Origin: a virus
Taxonomy: Duplodnaviria; Heunggongvirae; Uroviricota; Caudoviricetes
Virus record (IMG/VR): IMGVR_UViG_2859827302_000001
Strand: one strand, 5' to 3'
DNA length: 47,387 bases
A model generated the notes under the pieces. That model was not told the DNA's origin. It saw only the letters and a program-made list of their open reading frames with translations, and searched no databases. The position numbers and the translations under genes were made by a program. Below are positions 22,507 through 32,452 of the stretch, piece by piece. The first letter of the stretch is position 1; every line of letters starts with the position of its first letter.

Positions 22507-24012
22507 GTGAGACGTAATCTTTCACACATTATTGCCGCAGCATTCAATGAACCGCTGCTTCTGGAGCCCGCCTATGCGCGGGTTTTCTTTTGCGCGCTCG
22601 GGCGCGAGATGGGGGCAGCAAGTCTTTCGGTACCACAACAGCAGGTACAGTTTGATGCTCCCGGAATGCTGGCTGAAACGGATGAGTACATGGCCGGAGG
22701 TAAACGACCGGCCCGTGTTTACTGGGTGGTGAACGGTATTGCTGTACTGCCGGTGACCGGCACGCTGGTGCACCGGCTGGGTGGTATGCGGCCATTTTCT
22801 GGAATGACAGGCTATGACGGTATTGTCGCCTGTCTTCAGCAGGCAATGGCGGATAGCCAGGTGCGGGGCGTACTGCTGGACATTGACAGTCCGGGCGGGC
22901 AGGCCGCCGGCGCGTTTGACTGCGCTGACATGATTTACCGCCTCCGTCAGCAGAAGCCGGTCTGGGCACTGTGCAATGACACTGCCTGTTCTGCAGCCAT
23001 GCTGCTGGCGTCGGCCTGCTCCCGACGGCTGGTTACCCAGACATCCCGTATCGGCTCCATTGGCGTGATGATGAGCCATGTCAGCTATGCCGGTCATCTG
23101 GCGCAGGCCGGTGTGGATATCACGCTGATTTATGCCGGGGCGCACAAGGTGGATGGCAATCAGTTTGAAGCGTTGCCGGCAGAGGTTCGCCAGGATATGC
23201 AGCAGCGGATTGATGCGGCGCACCGGATGTTTGCCGAAAAAGTGGCGATGTATACCGGGTTGTCTGTGGATGCGGTCACGGGAACAGAGGCCGCCGTTTT
23301 TGAAGGTCAGTCCGGCATTGAGGCCGGGCTGGCGGATGAATTAATCAATGCGTCGGATGCCATCAGTGTGATGGCCACGGCGCTGAACAGTAATGTCAGA
23401 GGAGGCACTATGCCGCAATTAACTGCAACGGAAGCCGCCGTGCAGGAGAACCAGCGAGTGATGGGGATCCTGACATGCCAGGAAGCGAAAGGACGTGAAC
23501 AGCTTGCCACGATGCTGGCAGGGCAACAGGGCATGAGCGTTGAACAGGCCCGGGCGATTCTGGCCGCGGCGGCACCGCAGCAGCCGGTGGCATCCGCGCA
23601 GAGTGAAGCCGATCGCATTATGGCGTGTGAAGAAGCGAACGGTCGTGAACAACTGGCGGCAACGCTGGCGGCGATGCCGGAGATGACGGTGGAAAAAGCC
23701 CGCCCGATCCTGGCGGCTGCACCACTGGCGGATGCCGGGCCCTCACTTCGTGATCAGATCAGGGCCCTGGATGAGGCAAAAGGGGCAGAAGCGCAGGCTG
23801 AAAAACTGGCGGCCTGCCCGGGAATGACCGTGGAGAACGCCCGGGCTGTGCTGGCTGCGGGATCAGGTAAGGCCGAACCGGTCTCTGCATCCACAACCGC
23901 CCTGTTTGAACATTTCATGGCGAATCATTCACCGGCAGCGGTGCGGGGTGGCGTGTCACAGACGTCAGCAGACGGTGATGCGGACGTGAAAATGCTCATG
24001 GCCATGCCATGA
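22507..24012 (+). CDS. C: head protease/scaffold gpC (with in-frame Nu3-like C-terminal region)
   Basis: ClpP/SppA-like protease region similar to lambda C; GTG start overlapping B stop. Confidence 0.8.
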   Translation: MRRNLSHIIAAAFNEPLLLEPAYARVFFCALGREMGAASLSVPQQQVQFDAPGMLAETDEYMAGGKRPARVYWVVNGIAVLPVTGTLVHRLGGMRPFSGMTGYDGIVACLQQAMADSQVRGVLLDIDSPGGQAAGAFDCADMIYRLRQQKPVWALCNDTACSAAMLLASACSRRLVTQTSRIGSIGVMMSHVSYAGHLAQAGVDITLIYAGAHKVDGNQFEALPAEVRQDMQQRIDAAHRMFAEKVAMYTGLSVDAVTGTEAAVFEGQSGIEAGLADELINASDAISVMATALNSNVRGGTMPQLTATEAAVQENQRVMGILTCQEAKGREQLATMLAGQQGMSVEQARAILAAAAPQQPVASAQSEADRIMACEEANGREQLAATLAAMPEMTVEKARPILAAAPLADAGPSLRDQIRALDEAKGAEAQAEKLAACPGMTVENARAVLAAGSGKAEPVSASTTALFEHFMANHSPAAVRGGVSQTSADGDADVKMLMAMP

Positions 24013-24048
24013 AGTCAGTGCTGACCATCAATATGAGGTTTTAACAAA

Positions 24049-24396
24049 ATGGTGACGAAAACCATCACTGAACAGCGTGCGGAAGTACGTATTTTTGCTG
24101 GTAATGATCCGGCTCATACCGCCACAGGCAGCAGCGGGATTTCTTCTGCAACACCGGCTCTGACGCCCCTGATGCTGGATGAAGCCACCGGGAAACTGGT
24201 GGTCTGGGATGGACAGAAAGCCGGTAGTGCGGTTGGCATACTGGTACTGCCGCTTGAAGGCACAGAGACGGTGCTGACCTATTACAAGTCGGGGACCTTT
24301 GCGACGGAGGCAATCCGCTGGCCTGACAGTGTGGATGAACACAAAAAGGCAAATGCCTTTGCCGGCACCGCCCTGAGTCACGCGGCTCTGCCGTAA
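24049..24396 (+). CDS. D: head decoration protein gpD
   Basis: NDPAHTATGSSG...VVWDG...TYYKSGTF lambda D-like. Confidence 0.8.
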   Translation: MVTKTITEQRAEVRIFAGNDPAHTATGSSGISSATPALTPLMLDEATGKLVVWDGQKAGSAVGILVLPLEGTETVLTYYKSGTFATEAIRWPDSVDEHKKANAFAGTALSHAALP

Positions 24397-24453
24397 CACG
24401 TTATCAGGCCACCATGGTGGCCTGACTGATTTCTGAATGAAAGGAACTGATTT

Positions 24454-25482
24454 ATGGGATTGTTTACGACCCGCCAGTTACTCAGTTATACCGAACAAAA
24501 AGTTAAATTCCGTGCGCTATTTCTGGAGCTGTTTTTCCGCCGTACGGTGAATTTCCACACCGAAGAGGTGATGCTGGACAAAATTACCGGAAAAACGCCG
24601 GTGGCGGCCTATGTCTCCCCGATCGTTGAAGGAAAAGTGCTGCGCCATCGTGGTGGTGAAACCCGCGTGTTGCGTCCGGGCTACGTCAAGCCCAAACACG
24701 AATTTAATTACCAGCAGGCGGTTGAGCGCCTTCCCGGTGAAGATCCGGCTCAGCTGAACGACCCGGCCTACCGTCGTCTGCGTATCATCACTGATAACCT
24801 CAAACAGGAAGAGCACGCTATTGTGCAGGTGGAAGAAATGCAGGCGGTGAATGCCGTGCTGTATGGCAAATATACGATGGAAGGAGACCAGTTCGAGAAA
24901 ATTGAAGTCGATTTTGGCCGATCGACGAAGAATAACATCATACAAGGTAGCGGTAAGGAGTGGTCAAAACAGGATCGTGACACGTTCGACCCGACATATG
25001 ATATCGACCTTTTCTGTGATCAGGCCAGTGGTCTTGTGAATATTGCCATTATGGACGGTACCGTCTGGCGTCTGCTGAATGGCTTTAAGCTTTTCCGCGA
25101 AAAAATGGATACCCGTCGCGGTTCAAATTCACAACTCGAAACGGCAGTGAAAGATCTGGGCGCAGTGGTATCCTTCAAGGGGTATTACGGCGATCTGGCC
25201 ATTGCGGTAGCGAAAACGTCTTATGTGGCAGAGGACGGTACCGAAAAACGTTATCTGCCGGAGGGCACGCTGGTGCTGGGGAATACGGCAGCAGAGGGGA
25301 TTCGTTGCTATGGAGCCATTAAGGATGCACAGGCGTTGTCTGAAGGAGTGGTGGCTTCTTCCCGTTACCCGAAACACTGGCTGACCGTGGGCGATCCGTC
25401 CTGTGAATTCACCATGACGCAGTCCGCGCCGCTGATGGTGCTGCCGGATCCGGATGAGTTTGTGGTGGTACAGGTGAAATAA
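24454..25482 (+). CDS. E: major capsid protein gpE
   Basis: 342 aa, collinear with lambda E. Confidence 0.9.
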   Translation: MGLFTTRQLLSYTEQKVKFRALFLELFFRRTVNFHTEEVMLDKITGKTPVAAYVSPIVEGKVLRHRGGETRVLRPGYVKPKHEFNYQQAVERLPGEDPAQLNDPAYRRLRIITDNLKQEEHAIVQVEEMQAVNAVLYGKYTMEGDQFEKIEVDFGRSTKNNIIQGSGKEWSKQDRDTFDPTYDIDLFCDQASGLVNIAIMDGTVWRLLNGFKLFREKMDTRRGSNSQLETAVKDLGAVVSFKGYYGDLAIAVAKTSYVAEDGTEKRYLPEGTLVLGNTAAEGIRCYGAIKDAQALSEGVVASSRYPKHWLTVGDPSCEFTMTQSAPLMVLPDPDEFVVVQVK

Positions 25483-25533
25483 TCCGTGAGCGGGGGCGAA
25501 ATGCCCCCGTGTTTTTTTCACAGGGAGCTGGAT

Positions 25534-25902
25534 ATGGCAACAAAAGAAGAAAATCAGAAACGTCTTCGTGAACTGGCTGGTCTGCTGGGGCGCGAGGCGG
25601 ATATGTCGGGGAGTGCTGCGGATATCGCACAGCGTGTGGCAGAGTGGGAAGAGGAGATTTGCGCCTCGGAAAATGAAATCGCAGATGTTGATGATACCGT
25701 TCATGAGCAGGCATGCAGGCACACCGGTGAGGATGACGTTGGTATTCTGGAACGTATCAGGCTTCTGAAGTGTTTTTACCTGTGCGGTGTTGACGATGAA
25801 ACAGGTGAGCCTGTTGAGCATGTTGATGCTGGCAGAGTAATTCTGATGCCCCCCTCAGTGGCAAAAGACATGGTCAGGAGCGGAATGGCCGTTTATGCGT
25901 GA
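25534..25902 (+). CDS. FI: DNA packaging protein FI
   Basis: Position and size after E; acidic protein. Confidence 0.6.
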   Translation: MATKEENQKRLRELAGLLGREADMSGSAADIAQRVAEWEEEICASENEIADVDDTVHEQACRHTGEDDVGILERIRLLKCFYLCGVDDETGEPVEHVDAGRVILMPPSVAKDMVRSGMAVYA

Positions 25903-26237
25903 TTTTGAGAATTCCTTTGATGCTGCCCTTGCCAGGGTGGACAGAACGATTGTTGAAGTGATGGGGCTCTGTGCGCAGTTCACCTCGGGGGCACAGTGTG
26001 GCAGCGAAGTTCAGGGGGTTTTTGACGATCCGGAGTGCCGGTAGCGGGGTCCGTATTGAAGGAAGCAGCCCGTCATTATTTGTGCGGACGGATACGGTTC
26101 GTGCCGTGCGGCGTGGTGACACGCTGACCATTAATGGTGAGACATTCTGGGTGGATCGTGTTTCTCCGGATGACGGGGGTAGCTGTTATCTCTGGCTCAA
26201 CCGTGGGCAACCACCCGCAGTTAACCGGCGACGATAA
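25895..26237 (+). pseudogene. FII: head-tail connector FII with a frameshift near 26030..26044
   Basis: N-terminal frame stops at TAG 26042..26044; C-terminal lambda-like part (VRIEGSSPSLFVRTD...DRVSPDDGGSC) is in another frame; removing one base restores GVFDDPEAGSGVRIEG. Confidence 0.7.
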
Positions 26238-26251
26238 ACGCAGGGTGAATT

Positions 26252-26827
26252 ATGGCGATAAAAGGGCTTGATCAGGCGATTGACAATCTGAGCCGGGTTC
26301 GTAAAAACGCCATTCCGGCTGCTTCTGCAATGACCATTAACCGCGTGGCCACAACGGCGATTAATCAGTCTTCGTCACAGGTTGCCCGGGAAACCAGGGT
26401 GAGACGGAAACTGGTAAAGGAACGGTCCAGACTGAAACGGGCGACGGTCAGAAATCCGAATGCCAGAATTATCGTTAACCGCGGTGATCTCCCTGTGATT
26501 AAGCTGGGGATCAGAATGCTGGGGCGTCGTCCGAACAGCATACTCAAAGCCGGTCAGCATCGTTATCAGCGGGCATTTATCCAGCGATTAAATAATGGGC
26601 GCTGGCATGTTATGCAACGTCTTCCCCAGGCCAGATATGAGGAGGGCAATGACGACAAGGGAAGGAAAAAGCGTAATCGCCTTCCCATTCAGGTGGTGAA
26701 AATCCCGATGGCGGCCCCACTGAAACAGGCATTTGATGAGAATGTTGACCGTATCCGGCGTGAACGCCTGCCCGGAGAACTGGCATCCGCGCTGAAACAA
26801 CAACTGAGGATTGCGATAAAACGATGA
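26252..26827 (+). CDS. Z: tail completion protein gpZ
   Basis: MAIKGLDQAIDNLSR... lambda Z-like. Confidence 0.8.
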   Translation: MAIKGLDQAIDNLSRVRKNAIPAASAMTINRVATTAINQSSSQVARETRVRRKLVKERSRLKRATVRNPNARIIVNRGDLPVIKLGIRMLGRRPNSILKAGQHRYQRAFIQRLNNGRWHVMQRLPQARYEEGNDDKGRKKRNRLPIQVVKIPMAAPLKQAFDENVDRIRRERLPGELASALKQQLRIAIKR

Positions 26828-27219
26828 AACACACTGATATCCGTGCTGCAGTGCTGGATGCACTCGAGCAGCATGAACACGGGGCGACGCTGTTTGATGG
26901 TCGCCCCGTTGTTTTTGACGAAGAGGATTTTCCTGCGATCGCGGTTTATCTGACGGATGCAGAGTATACCGGTGAAGAGCTGGATGCAGATACCTGGCGG
27001 GCCACGCTGCATATTGAGGTGTTTTTACCGGCACAGGTACCGGATTCAGAGCTTGATCAGTGGATGGAAAGCCGGATTTATCCGGCGATGACTGCGATCC
27101 AGGCACTGGCAGGACTGATTACCACGATGGTTACGCAGGGCTATGAGTATCGTCGTGATGACGATATGGCGTTATGGAGCTCTGCGGATCTGACTTATTC
27201 CATTACATACGAGATGTGA
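26824..27219 (+). CDS. U: tail terminator gpU
   Basis: Near-collinear with lambda U. Confidence 0.85.
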   Translation: MKHTDIRAAVLDALEQHEHGATLFDGRPVVFDEEDFPAIAVYLTDAEYTGEELDADTWRATLHIEVFLPAQVPDSELDQWMESRIYPAMTAIQALAGLITTMVTQGYEYRRDDDMALWSSADLTYSITYEM

Positions 27220-27226
27220 GGACGAT

Positions 27227-27979
27227 ATGGCAACACCAAATCCCCTGGAGCCAGTAAAAGGTGCCGGTACCACTCTGTGGGTTTACAACGGCAAGGGTGA
27301 TGCTTATGCAAACCCGTTGTCAGACGCTGACTGGCAGCGACTGGCTAAGGTGAAGGATCTGACGCCGGGCGAGATGACGGCAGAATCCTACGATGATAAC
27401 TACCTGGATGATGAAGACGCAGACTGGACCGCGACCGGGCAGGGGCAGAAATCTGCAGGTGATACCAGTTTTACGCTGGCCTGGAAACCGGGAGAGGAAG
27501 GTCAGAAAGGGCTTATAGGCTGGTTTGAAAGCGGCGATGTCCAGGCCTATAAAATCCGTTTTCCGAATGGCACGGTGGATGTGTTTCGTGGCTGGGTCAG
27601 CAGTATCGGTAAGGCCGTGACGGCGAAAGAAGTGATCACCCGCACGGTGAAAGTCACTAACGTGGGTAAACCTTCTGTAGCGGAAGAACGCAGCAAAATT
27701 ACGCCGGTCAGTGCGATTAAGGTGACGCCGACATCCGGTACGGTGGCAAAAGGGAAAACAACCACCCTGACGGTTTCTTTTGAGCCGGAAAGTGCAACCG
27801 ACAAGACGTTCAGAGCGGTTTCCGCCGATCCGTCGAAAGCCACCATTAGTGTGAAAGATATGACAATTACGGTAAACGGCGTGGCGACAGGTAAGGTGCA
27901 GATCCCTGTGGTGAGCGGAAATGGTCAGTTCGCCGCAGTGGCTGAAGTCACCGTTACTGAAGCGGGCGCTGCAGGGTAA
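27227..27979 (+). CDS. V: major tail tube protein gpV (with C-terminal Ig-like domain)
   Basis: Lambda V-like. Confidence 0.85.
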   Translation: MATPNPLEPVKGAGTTLWVYNGKGDAYANPLSDADWQRLAKVKDLTPGEMTAESYDDNYLDDEDADWTATGQGQKSAGDTSFTLAWKPGEEGQKGLIGWFESGDVQAYKIRFPNGTVDVFRGWVSSIGKAVTAKEVITRTVKVTNVGKPSVAEERSKITPVSAIKVTPTSGTVAKGKTTTLTVSFEPESATDKTFRAVSADPSKATISVKDMTITVNGVATGKVQIPVVSGNGQFAAVAEVTVTEAGAAG

Positions 27980-27992
27980 ACGGAGGTAATAC

Positions 27993-28424
27993 ATGTTTCT
28001 GAAAACAGAACAATTTGAATATAACGGTGTGTCTGTCACGCTTTCCGAATTGTCTGCGCTGCAGCGTATCGAGCATCTTGCCCTCCTGAAACGGCGTGCA
28101 GAACAGGCAGAATCCTGCGGCAACCTGCAGGTAAGCGTGGAAGATCTCGTCAGAACCGGCGCGTTTCTGGTGGCGATGTCCCTGTGGCATAACCATCCAC
28201 AGAAAACGCAGTCACCGTCAATGAATGAGGCCGTGATGAAGATAGAGCAGGAAGTGCTCACCACCTGGCCTGCCGATGCCATTGCCCGGGCGGAAGACGT
28301 GGTGTTGTGCCTGTCCGGGATGATCGAAGCTGTTCGTCCGGATACTGATATTACTGAAGTGGCGAAAAATAACACGCTGACTGATGATGATTTTTCTGCG
28401 GGAAAGTCTTCGACGGCGAGCTGA
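27993..28424 (+). CDS. G: tail assembly chaperone gpG
   Basis: Lambda G-like; ends just after slippery site. Confidence 0.8.
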   Translation: MFLKTEQFEYNGVSVTLSELSALQRIEHLALLKRRAEQAESCGNLQVSVEDLVRTGAFLVAMSLWHNHPQKTQSPSMNEAVMKIEQEVLTTWPADAIARAEDVVLCLSGMIEAVRPDTDITEVAKNNTLTDDDFSAGKSSTAS

Positions 28425-28864
28425 ACTTTGCCCTCAGACTGGCGCGTGAGATGGGGAGACCCGACTGGCGCGCCATGCTTGCCGGGATGACATCCACCGA
28501 ATATGCCGACTGGCACCGTTTTTACCGCACGCATTATTTTCAGGATACCCAGCTGGATATGCATTTTTCCGGGCTGACGTACGCTGTACTCAGCCTGTTT
28601 TTTTGCGATCCGGATATGCATCCCTCTGATTTCAGTCTGCTTGTCCCCCGGCATGAGGAAGAGCAGGTGGAGAGGCCGGATGAGGACAAAATGCTGATGC
28701 AGAAAGCGGCAGGACTTGCCGGAGGCGTCCGGTTCGGTGGGGACGGAGGGCGCGATATTTTATCGTCTGCGGATGTGGCGGATGTCATGGTGGATGATGC
28801 CGCATTAATGATGGCTTCAGCGGGGATTCCGGGAGGTGTGAGATATGTCCCAGCCGGTTGGTGA
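27993..28864 (+). CDS. GT: gpGT fusion chaperone made by programmed -1 frameshift
   Basis: T-frame ORF (28451..28864 in track) is open from the slip site in the -1 frame. Confidence 0.7.
28400..28406 (+). promoter_or_regulatory. G-GGA-AAG slippery heptamer for the G/GT -1 frameshift
   Basis: Heptamer located 6 codons before G stop, as in lambda. Confidence 0.7.
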
Positions 28865-31418
28865 TCTTGTTATTGACCTGAGTCTGGATGCTGTCCGTTT
28901 CGATGAGCAGATGAGCCGGGTAAGGCGTCATTTTTCAGGTCTGGATACCGACGCCAGAAAAACCGCCAGTGCTGTTGAACAGGGCCTGAGCCGCCAGGCG
29001 CTGGCTGCACAAAAAGCCGGGATTTCCGTCGGGCAGTATAAAGCGGCCATGCGAACCCTGCCCGCACAGTTTACGGATATCGCCACGCAGCTTGCCGGTG
29101 GTCAGAATCCCTGGCTGATCCTGCTGCAACAGGGCGGTCAGGTGAAGGACTCCTTCGGCGGGATGATCCCCATGTTCAGGGGGCTCGCCGGTGCGATCAC
29201 CCTGCCGATGGTCGGAGTCACCTCGCTGGCGGTGGCGACAGGTGCGCTGGTGTACGCCTGGTACCAGGGAGATTCCACGCTTTCAGCGTTTAATAAAACC
29301 CTGGTTCTTTCCGGTAATCAGTCCGGACTGACTGCCGATCGTATGCTGACTCTCTCAAGAGCCGGGCAGGCAGCAGGGCTGACGTTTAACCAGGTGAGAG
29401 AGTCACTGGCAGCCCTGGTGAATGCCGGTGTGCGTGGTGGTGAACAGTTTGATGCCATCAACCAGAGTGTCGCGCGTTTTGCGTCTGCATCCGGTGTGGA
29501 GGTGGATAAAGTCGCTGAAGCCTTCGGGAAGCTGACCACTGACCCGACGTCGGGACTGATGGCGATGGCGCGCCAGTTCCGTAACGTGACGGCAGAGCAG
29601 ATTGCGTATGTTGCACAGCTGCAGCGTTCCGGAGACGAGGCCGGGGCATTGCAGGCGGCGAACGATATCGCCACGAAAGGCTTTGATGAGCAGACCCGTC
29701 GCCTGAAAGAAAACATGGGAACACTGGAGACCTGGGCGGATAAAACAGGGAAGGCATTCAAATCGATGTGGGATGCCATTCTGGATATCGGTCGTCCTGA
29801 ATCCTCAGCGGATATGCTCGCCAGTGCGCAGAAGGCATTTGATGAGGCGGATAAAAAATGGCAGTGGTACCAGAGCCGGAGCCAGCGCCGGGGAAAGACC
29901 TCCTCTTTTCGTGCGAACCTTCAGGGGGCATGGGATGACCGGGAAAATGCCCGTCTGGGTCTGGCAGCGGCCACGCTGCAGTCGGATATGGAAAAAGCCG
30001 GTGAACTGGCGGCAAGGGACCGGGCTGAGCGTGAGGCGTCACAGCTGAAGTATACCGGAGAGGCGCAGAAGGCGTATGAGCGCCTGCAGACGCCGCTGGA
30101 TAAATATACCGCCCGTCAGAAAGAGCTGAATAAGGCCCTGAAAGACGGAAAAATCCTGCAGGCGGATTACAACACGCTGATGGCGTCGGCAAAAAAGGAT
30201 TATGAATCGACGCTGAAAAAGCCGTCAGGTGTGAAGGTGTCTGCCGGTGAGCGCCAGGAAGACCGGGCGCATGCAGCCATGCTGGCGCTTGAAACCGAGC
30301 TCAGGACGCTGGAAAAACACAGCGGTGTGAATGAGAAAATCAGCCAGCAGCGCCGGGATTTATGGGAAGCGGAAAATCAGTATGTGGTCCTGAAAGAGGC
30401 CGCCACGAAACGGCAGTTATCTGAGCAGGAAAAATCCCTGCTGGCCCATGAGAAAGAAACGCTGGAGTACAAACGCCAGCTGGCTGAGCTGGGCGACAAG
30501 ATTGAACACCAGAAACGGCTGAATGAGCTGGCACAGCAGGCGGCGCGGTTTGAACAGCAGCAGAGCGCGAAGCAGGCGGCAATCAGCGCAAAAGCACGCG
30601 GACTCACCGACCGTCAGGCGCAGCGGGAGTCGGAAGAGCAGCGCCTTCGTGAGGTGTACGGTGATAATCCGGCTGCGCTGGCGAAGGCCACATCTGCACT
30701 GAAGAACACCTGGTCTGCGGAGGAGCAGCTTCGTGGAAGCTGGATGGCCGGGATGAAGTCCGGCTGGGGCGAGTGGGCGGAAAGTGCGACGGACAGTTTT
30801 TCGCAGGTTAAAAACGCGGCCACGCAGACCTTTGACGGTATTGTACAGAATATGGCAGCGATGCTGACCGGCAGCGAACAGAACTGGCGTGGTTTCACCC
30901 GTTCTGTGCTGTCCATGCTGACAGAGATTTTTCTGAAGCAGGCGATGGTGGGGATAGTCGGGAGTATCGGCAGCGCCATTGGCGGGGCTGTTGGTGGCGG
31001 CGCATCCGCGTCAGGCGGTACAGCCATTCAGGCTGCGGCGGCGAACTTCCATTTCGCGACCGGGGGATTTACGGGGACGGGGGGTAAATATGAACCTGCG
31101 GGGATTGTTCATCGCGGGGAGTTTGTCTTCACGAAGGAGGCGACCAGCCGGATTGGTGTCGGCAATCTGTACCGCCTGATGCGGGGCTATGCGGAAGGTG
31201 GTTATGTCGGCGGTGCCGGAAGTCCGGCGCAGATGCGGCGGGCGGAAGGCATTAATTTTAATCAGAACAATCACGTGGTGATTCAGAACGACGGCCCCAA
31301 CGGGCGGGCAGGGCCGCAGCTGATGAAAGCGGTGTATGAGATGGCCCGCAAGGGGGCACAGGATGAACTCCGGCTGCAGTTGCGTGATGGCGGTATGTTA
31401 TCAGGGAGCGGTGGATGA
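28845..31418 (+). CDS. H: tape measure protein gpH
   Basis: 857 aa, coiled-coil rich, lambda H-like. Confidence 0.85.
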   Translation: MSQPVGDLVIDLSLDAVRFDEQMSRVRRHFSGLDTDARKTASAVEQGLSRQALAAQKAGISVGQYKAAMRTLPAQFTDIATQLAGGQNPWLILLQQGGQVKDSFGGMIPMFRGLAGAITLPMVGVTSLAVATGALVYAWYQGDSTLSAFNKTLVLSGNQSGLTADRMLTLSRAGQAAGLTFNQVRESLAALVNAGVRGGEQFDAINQSVARFASASGVEVDKVAEAFGKLTTDPTSGLMAMARQFRNVTAEQIAYVAQLQRSGDEAGALQAANDIATKGFDEQTRRLKENMGTLETWADKTGKAFKSMWDAILDIGRPESSADMLASAQKAFDEADKKWQWYQSRSQRRGKTSSFRANLQGAWDDRENARLGLAAATLQSDMEKAGELAARDRAEREASQLKYTGEAQKAYERLQTPLDKYTARQKELNKALKDGKILQADYNTLMASAKKDYESTLKKPSGVKVSAGERQEDRAHAAMLALETELRTLEKHSGVNEKISQQRRDLWEAENQYVVLKEAATKRQLSEQEKSLLAHEKETLEYKRQLAELGDKIEHQKRLNELAQQAARFEQQQSAKQAAISAKARGLTDRQAQRESEEQRLREVYGDNPAALAKATSALKNTWSAEEQLRGSWMAGMKSGWGEWAESATDSFSQVKNAATQTFDGIVQNMAAMLTGSEQNWRGFTRSVLSMLTEIFLKQAMVGIVGSIGSAIGGAVGGGASASGGTAIQAAAANFHFATGGFTGTGGKYEPAGIVHRGEFVFTKEATSRIGVGNLYRLMRGYAEGGYVGGAGSPAQMRRAEGINFNQNNHVVIQNDGPNGRAGPQLMKAVYEMARKGAQDELRLQLRDGGMLSGSGG

Positions 31419-31744
31419 AAACCTTTCGCTGGAAAGTGAAGCCGGATATGGAGGTGAACTCGCAGCCATCGGTGCGTGAAGTGCGTTTTGGTGACGGGTA
31501 CTCACAGCGTATGGCGGCAGGGCTGAATGCTGACCTGAAAACATACAGGGTGACGCTTTCCGTGACCCGGGAGGAGGCCCGGCATCTGGAAGCGTTCCTG
31601 GCAGAGCACGGTGGCTGGAAGGCATTTTTGTGGAAGCCACCCTATGCATACCGGCAGATAAAGGTGACCTGTGCCGGGTGGTCTGCGCGGGTCGGGATGT
31701 TGCGCGTTGAGTTCAGCGCGGAGTTTAAGCAGGTGGTGAACTGA
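31415..31744 (+). CDS. M: minor tail protein gpM
   Basis: Lambda M-like, 109 aa. Confidence 0.8.
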   Translation: MKTFRWKVKPDMEVNSQPSVREVRFGDGYSQRMAAGLNADLKTYRVTLSVTREEARHLEAFLAEHGGWKAFLWKPPYAYRQIKVTCAGWSARVGMLRVEFSAEFKQVVN

Positions 31745-32442
31745 TGCAGGATATTCACGAAGAAAGTCTGAGCGAGTCGGTTAAATCAGAGCAGTCACCG
31801 CGGGTGGTACTCTGGGAAATCGACCTGACGGTACAGGGCGGTGAGCGGTATTTTTTCTGTAATGAGCTGAATGAAAAAGGGGAGCCGGTCACCTGGCAGG
31901 GGCGTAAGTATGAGGCATACCCGATTGACGGCAGCGGCTTTGAGATGAACGGTCGGGGCAGCAGTGCCAGACCGTCGCTGACGGTGTCCAATCTGTTCGG
32001 TCTGGTCACCGGGATGGCGGAAGACCTGCAGAGTCTGGTGGGGGCCACGGTGGTCCGCCGCCGGGTGTATGCCCGTTTTCTGGATGCGGTGAATTTCGTT
32101 GCGGGCAATCCGGAGGCGGACCCGGAGCAGGAGCTGAGTGACCGCTGGGTGGTGGAGCAGATGTCGCAGCTGACAGCCATGACGGCCTCGTTTGTGCTGG
32201 CTACACCGACCGAGACGGATGGGGCGCTGTTTCCCGGTCGCATCATGCTGGCGAACACCTGTATGTGGGATTACCGGGGAGATGAATGCGGGTATAACGG
32301 TCCTGCGGTGGCGGATGAGTTCGACAACCCCACCACGGATATCCGTAAGGACAGATGCAGCAAGTGCATGCGCGGGTGTGAACTGCGCAGGAATGTCGGC
32401 AATTTTGGCGGTTTCCTTTCCATTAATAAACTTTCGCAGTAA
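31744..32442 (+). CDS. L: minor tail protein gpL
   Basis: Lambda L-like, C-terminal cysteine cluster. Confidence 0.85.
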   Translation: MQDIHEESLSESVKSEQSPRVVLWEIDLTVQGGERYFFCNELNEKGEPVTWQGRKYEAYPIDGSGFEMNGRGSSARPSLTVSNLFGLVTGMAEDLQSLVGATVVRRRVYARFLDAVNFVAGNPEADPEQELSDRWVVEQMSQLTAMTASFVLATPTETDGALFPGRIMLANTCMWDYRGDECGYNGPAVADEFDNPTTDIRKDRCSKCMRGCELRRNVGNFGGFLSINKLSQ

Positions 32443-32452
32443 ATCCCGGTTT

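Larger units (their letters stand above)
19589..22517 (+). pseudogene. B: portal protein gpB split by IS2 (19589..19735 + 21067..22517)
   Basis: N-terminal 49 codons then IS2; remainder NARADDLVRNNG... lambda B-like. Confidence 0.85.

Noticed and set aside
22522-23223. 233-aa minus-strand ORF inside gpC
   Set aside because: Antisense to a conserved head protease gene; no independent support.
27320-28654. 444-aa minus-strand ORF antisense to V, G and T
   Set aside because: Cys/Arg-rich low-complexity translation with no start context; lies opposite well-supported lambda-like tail genes, so it is an antisense artefact.
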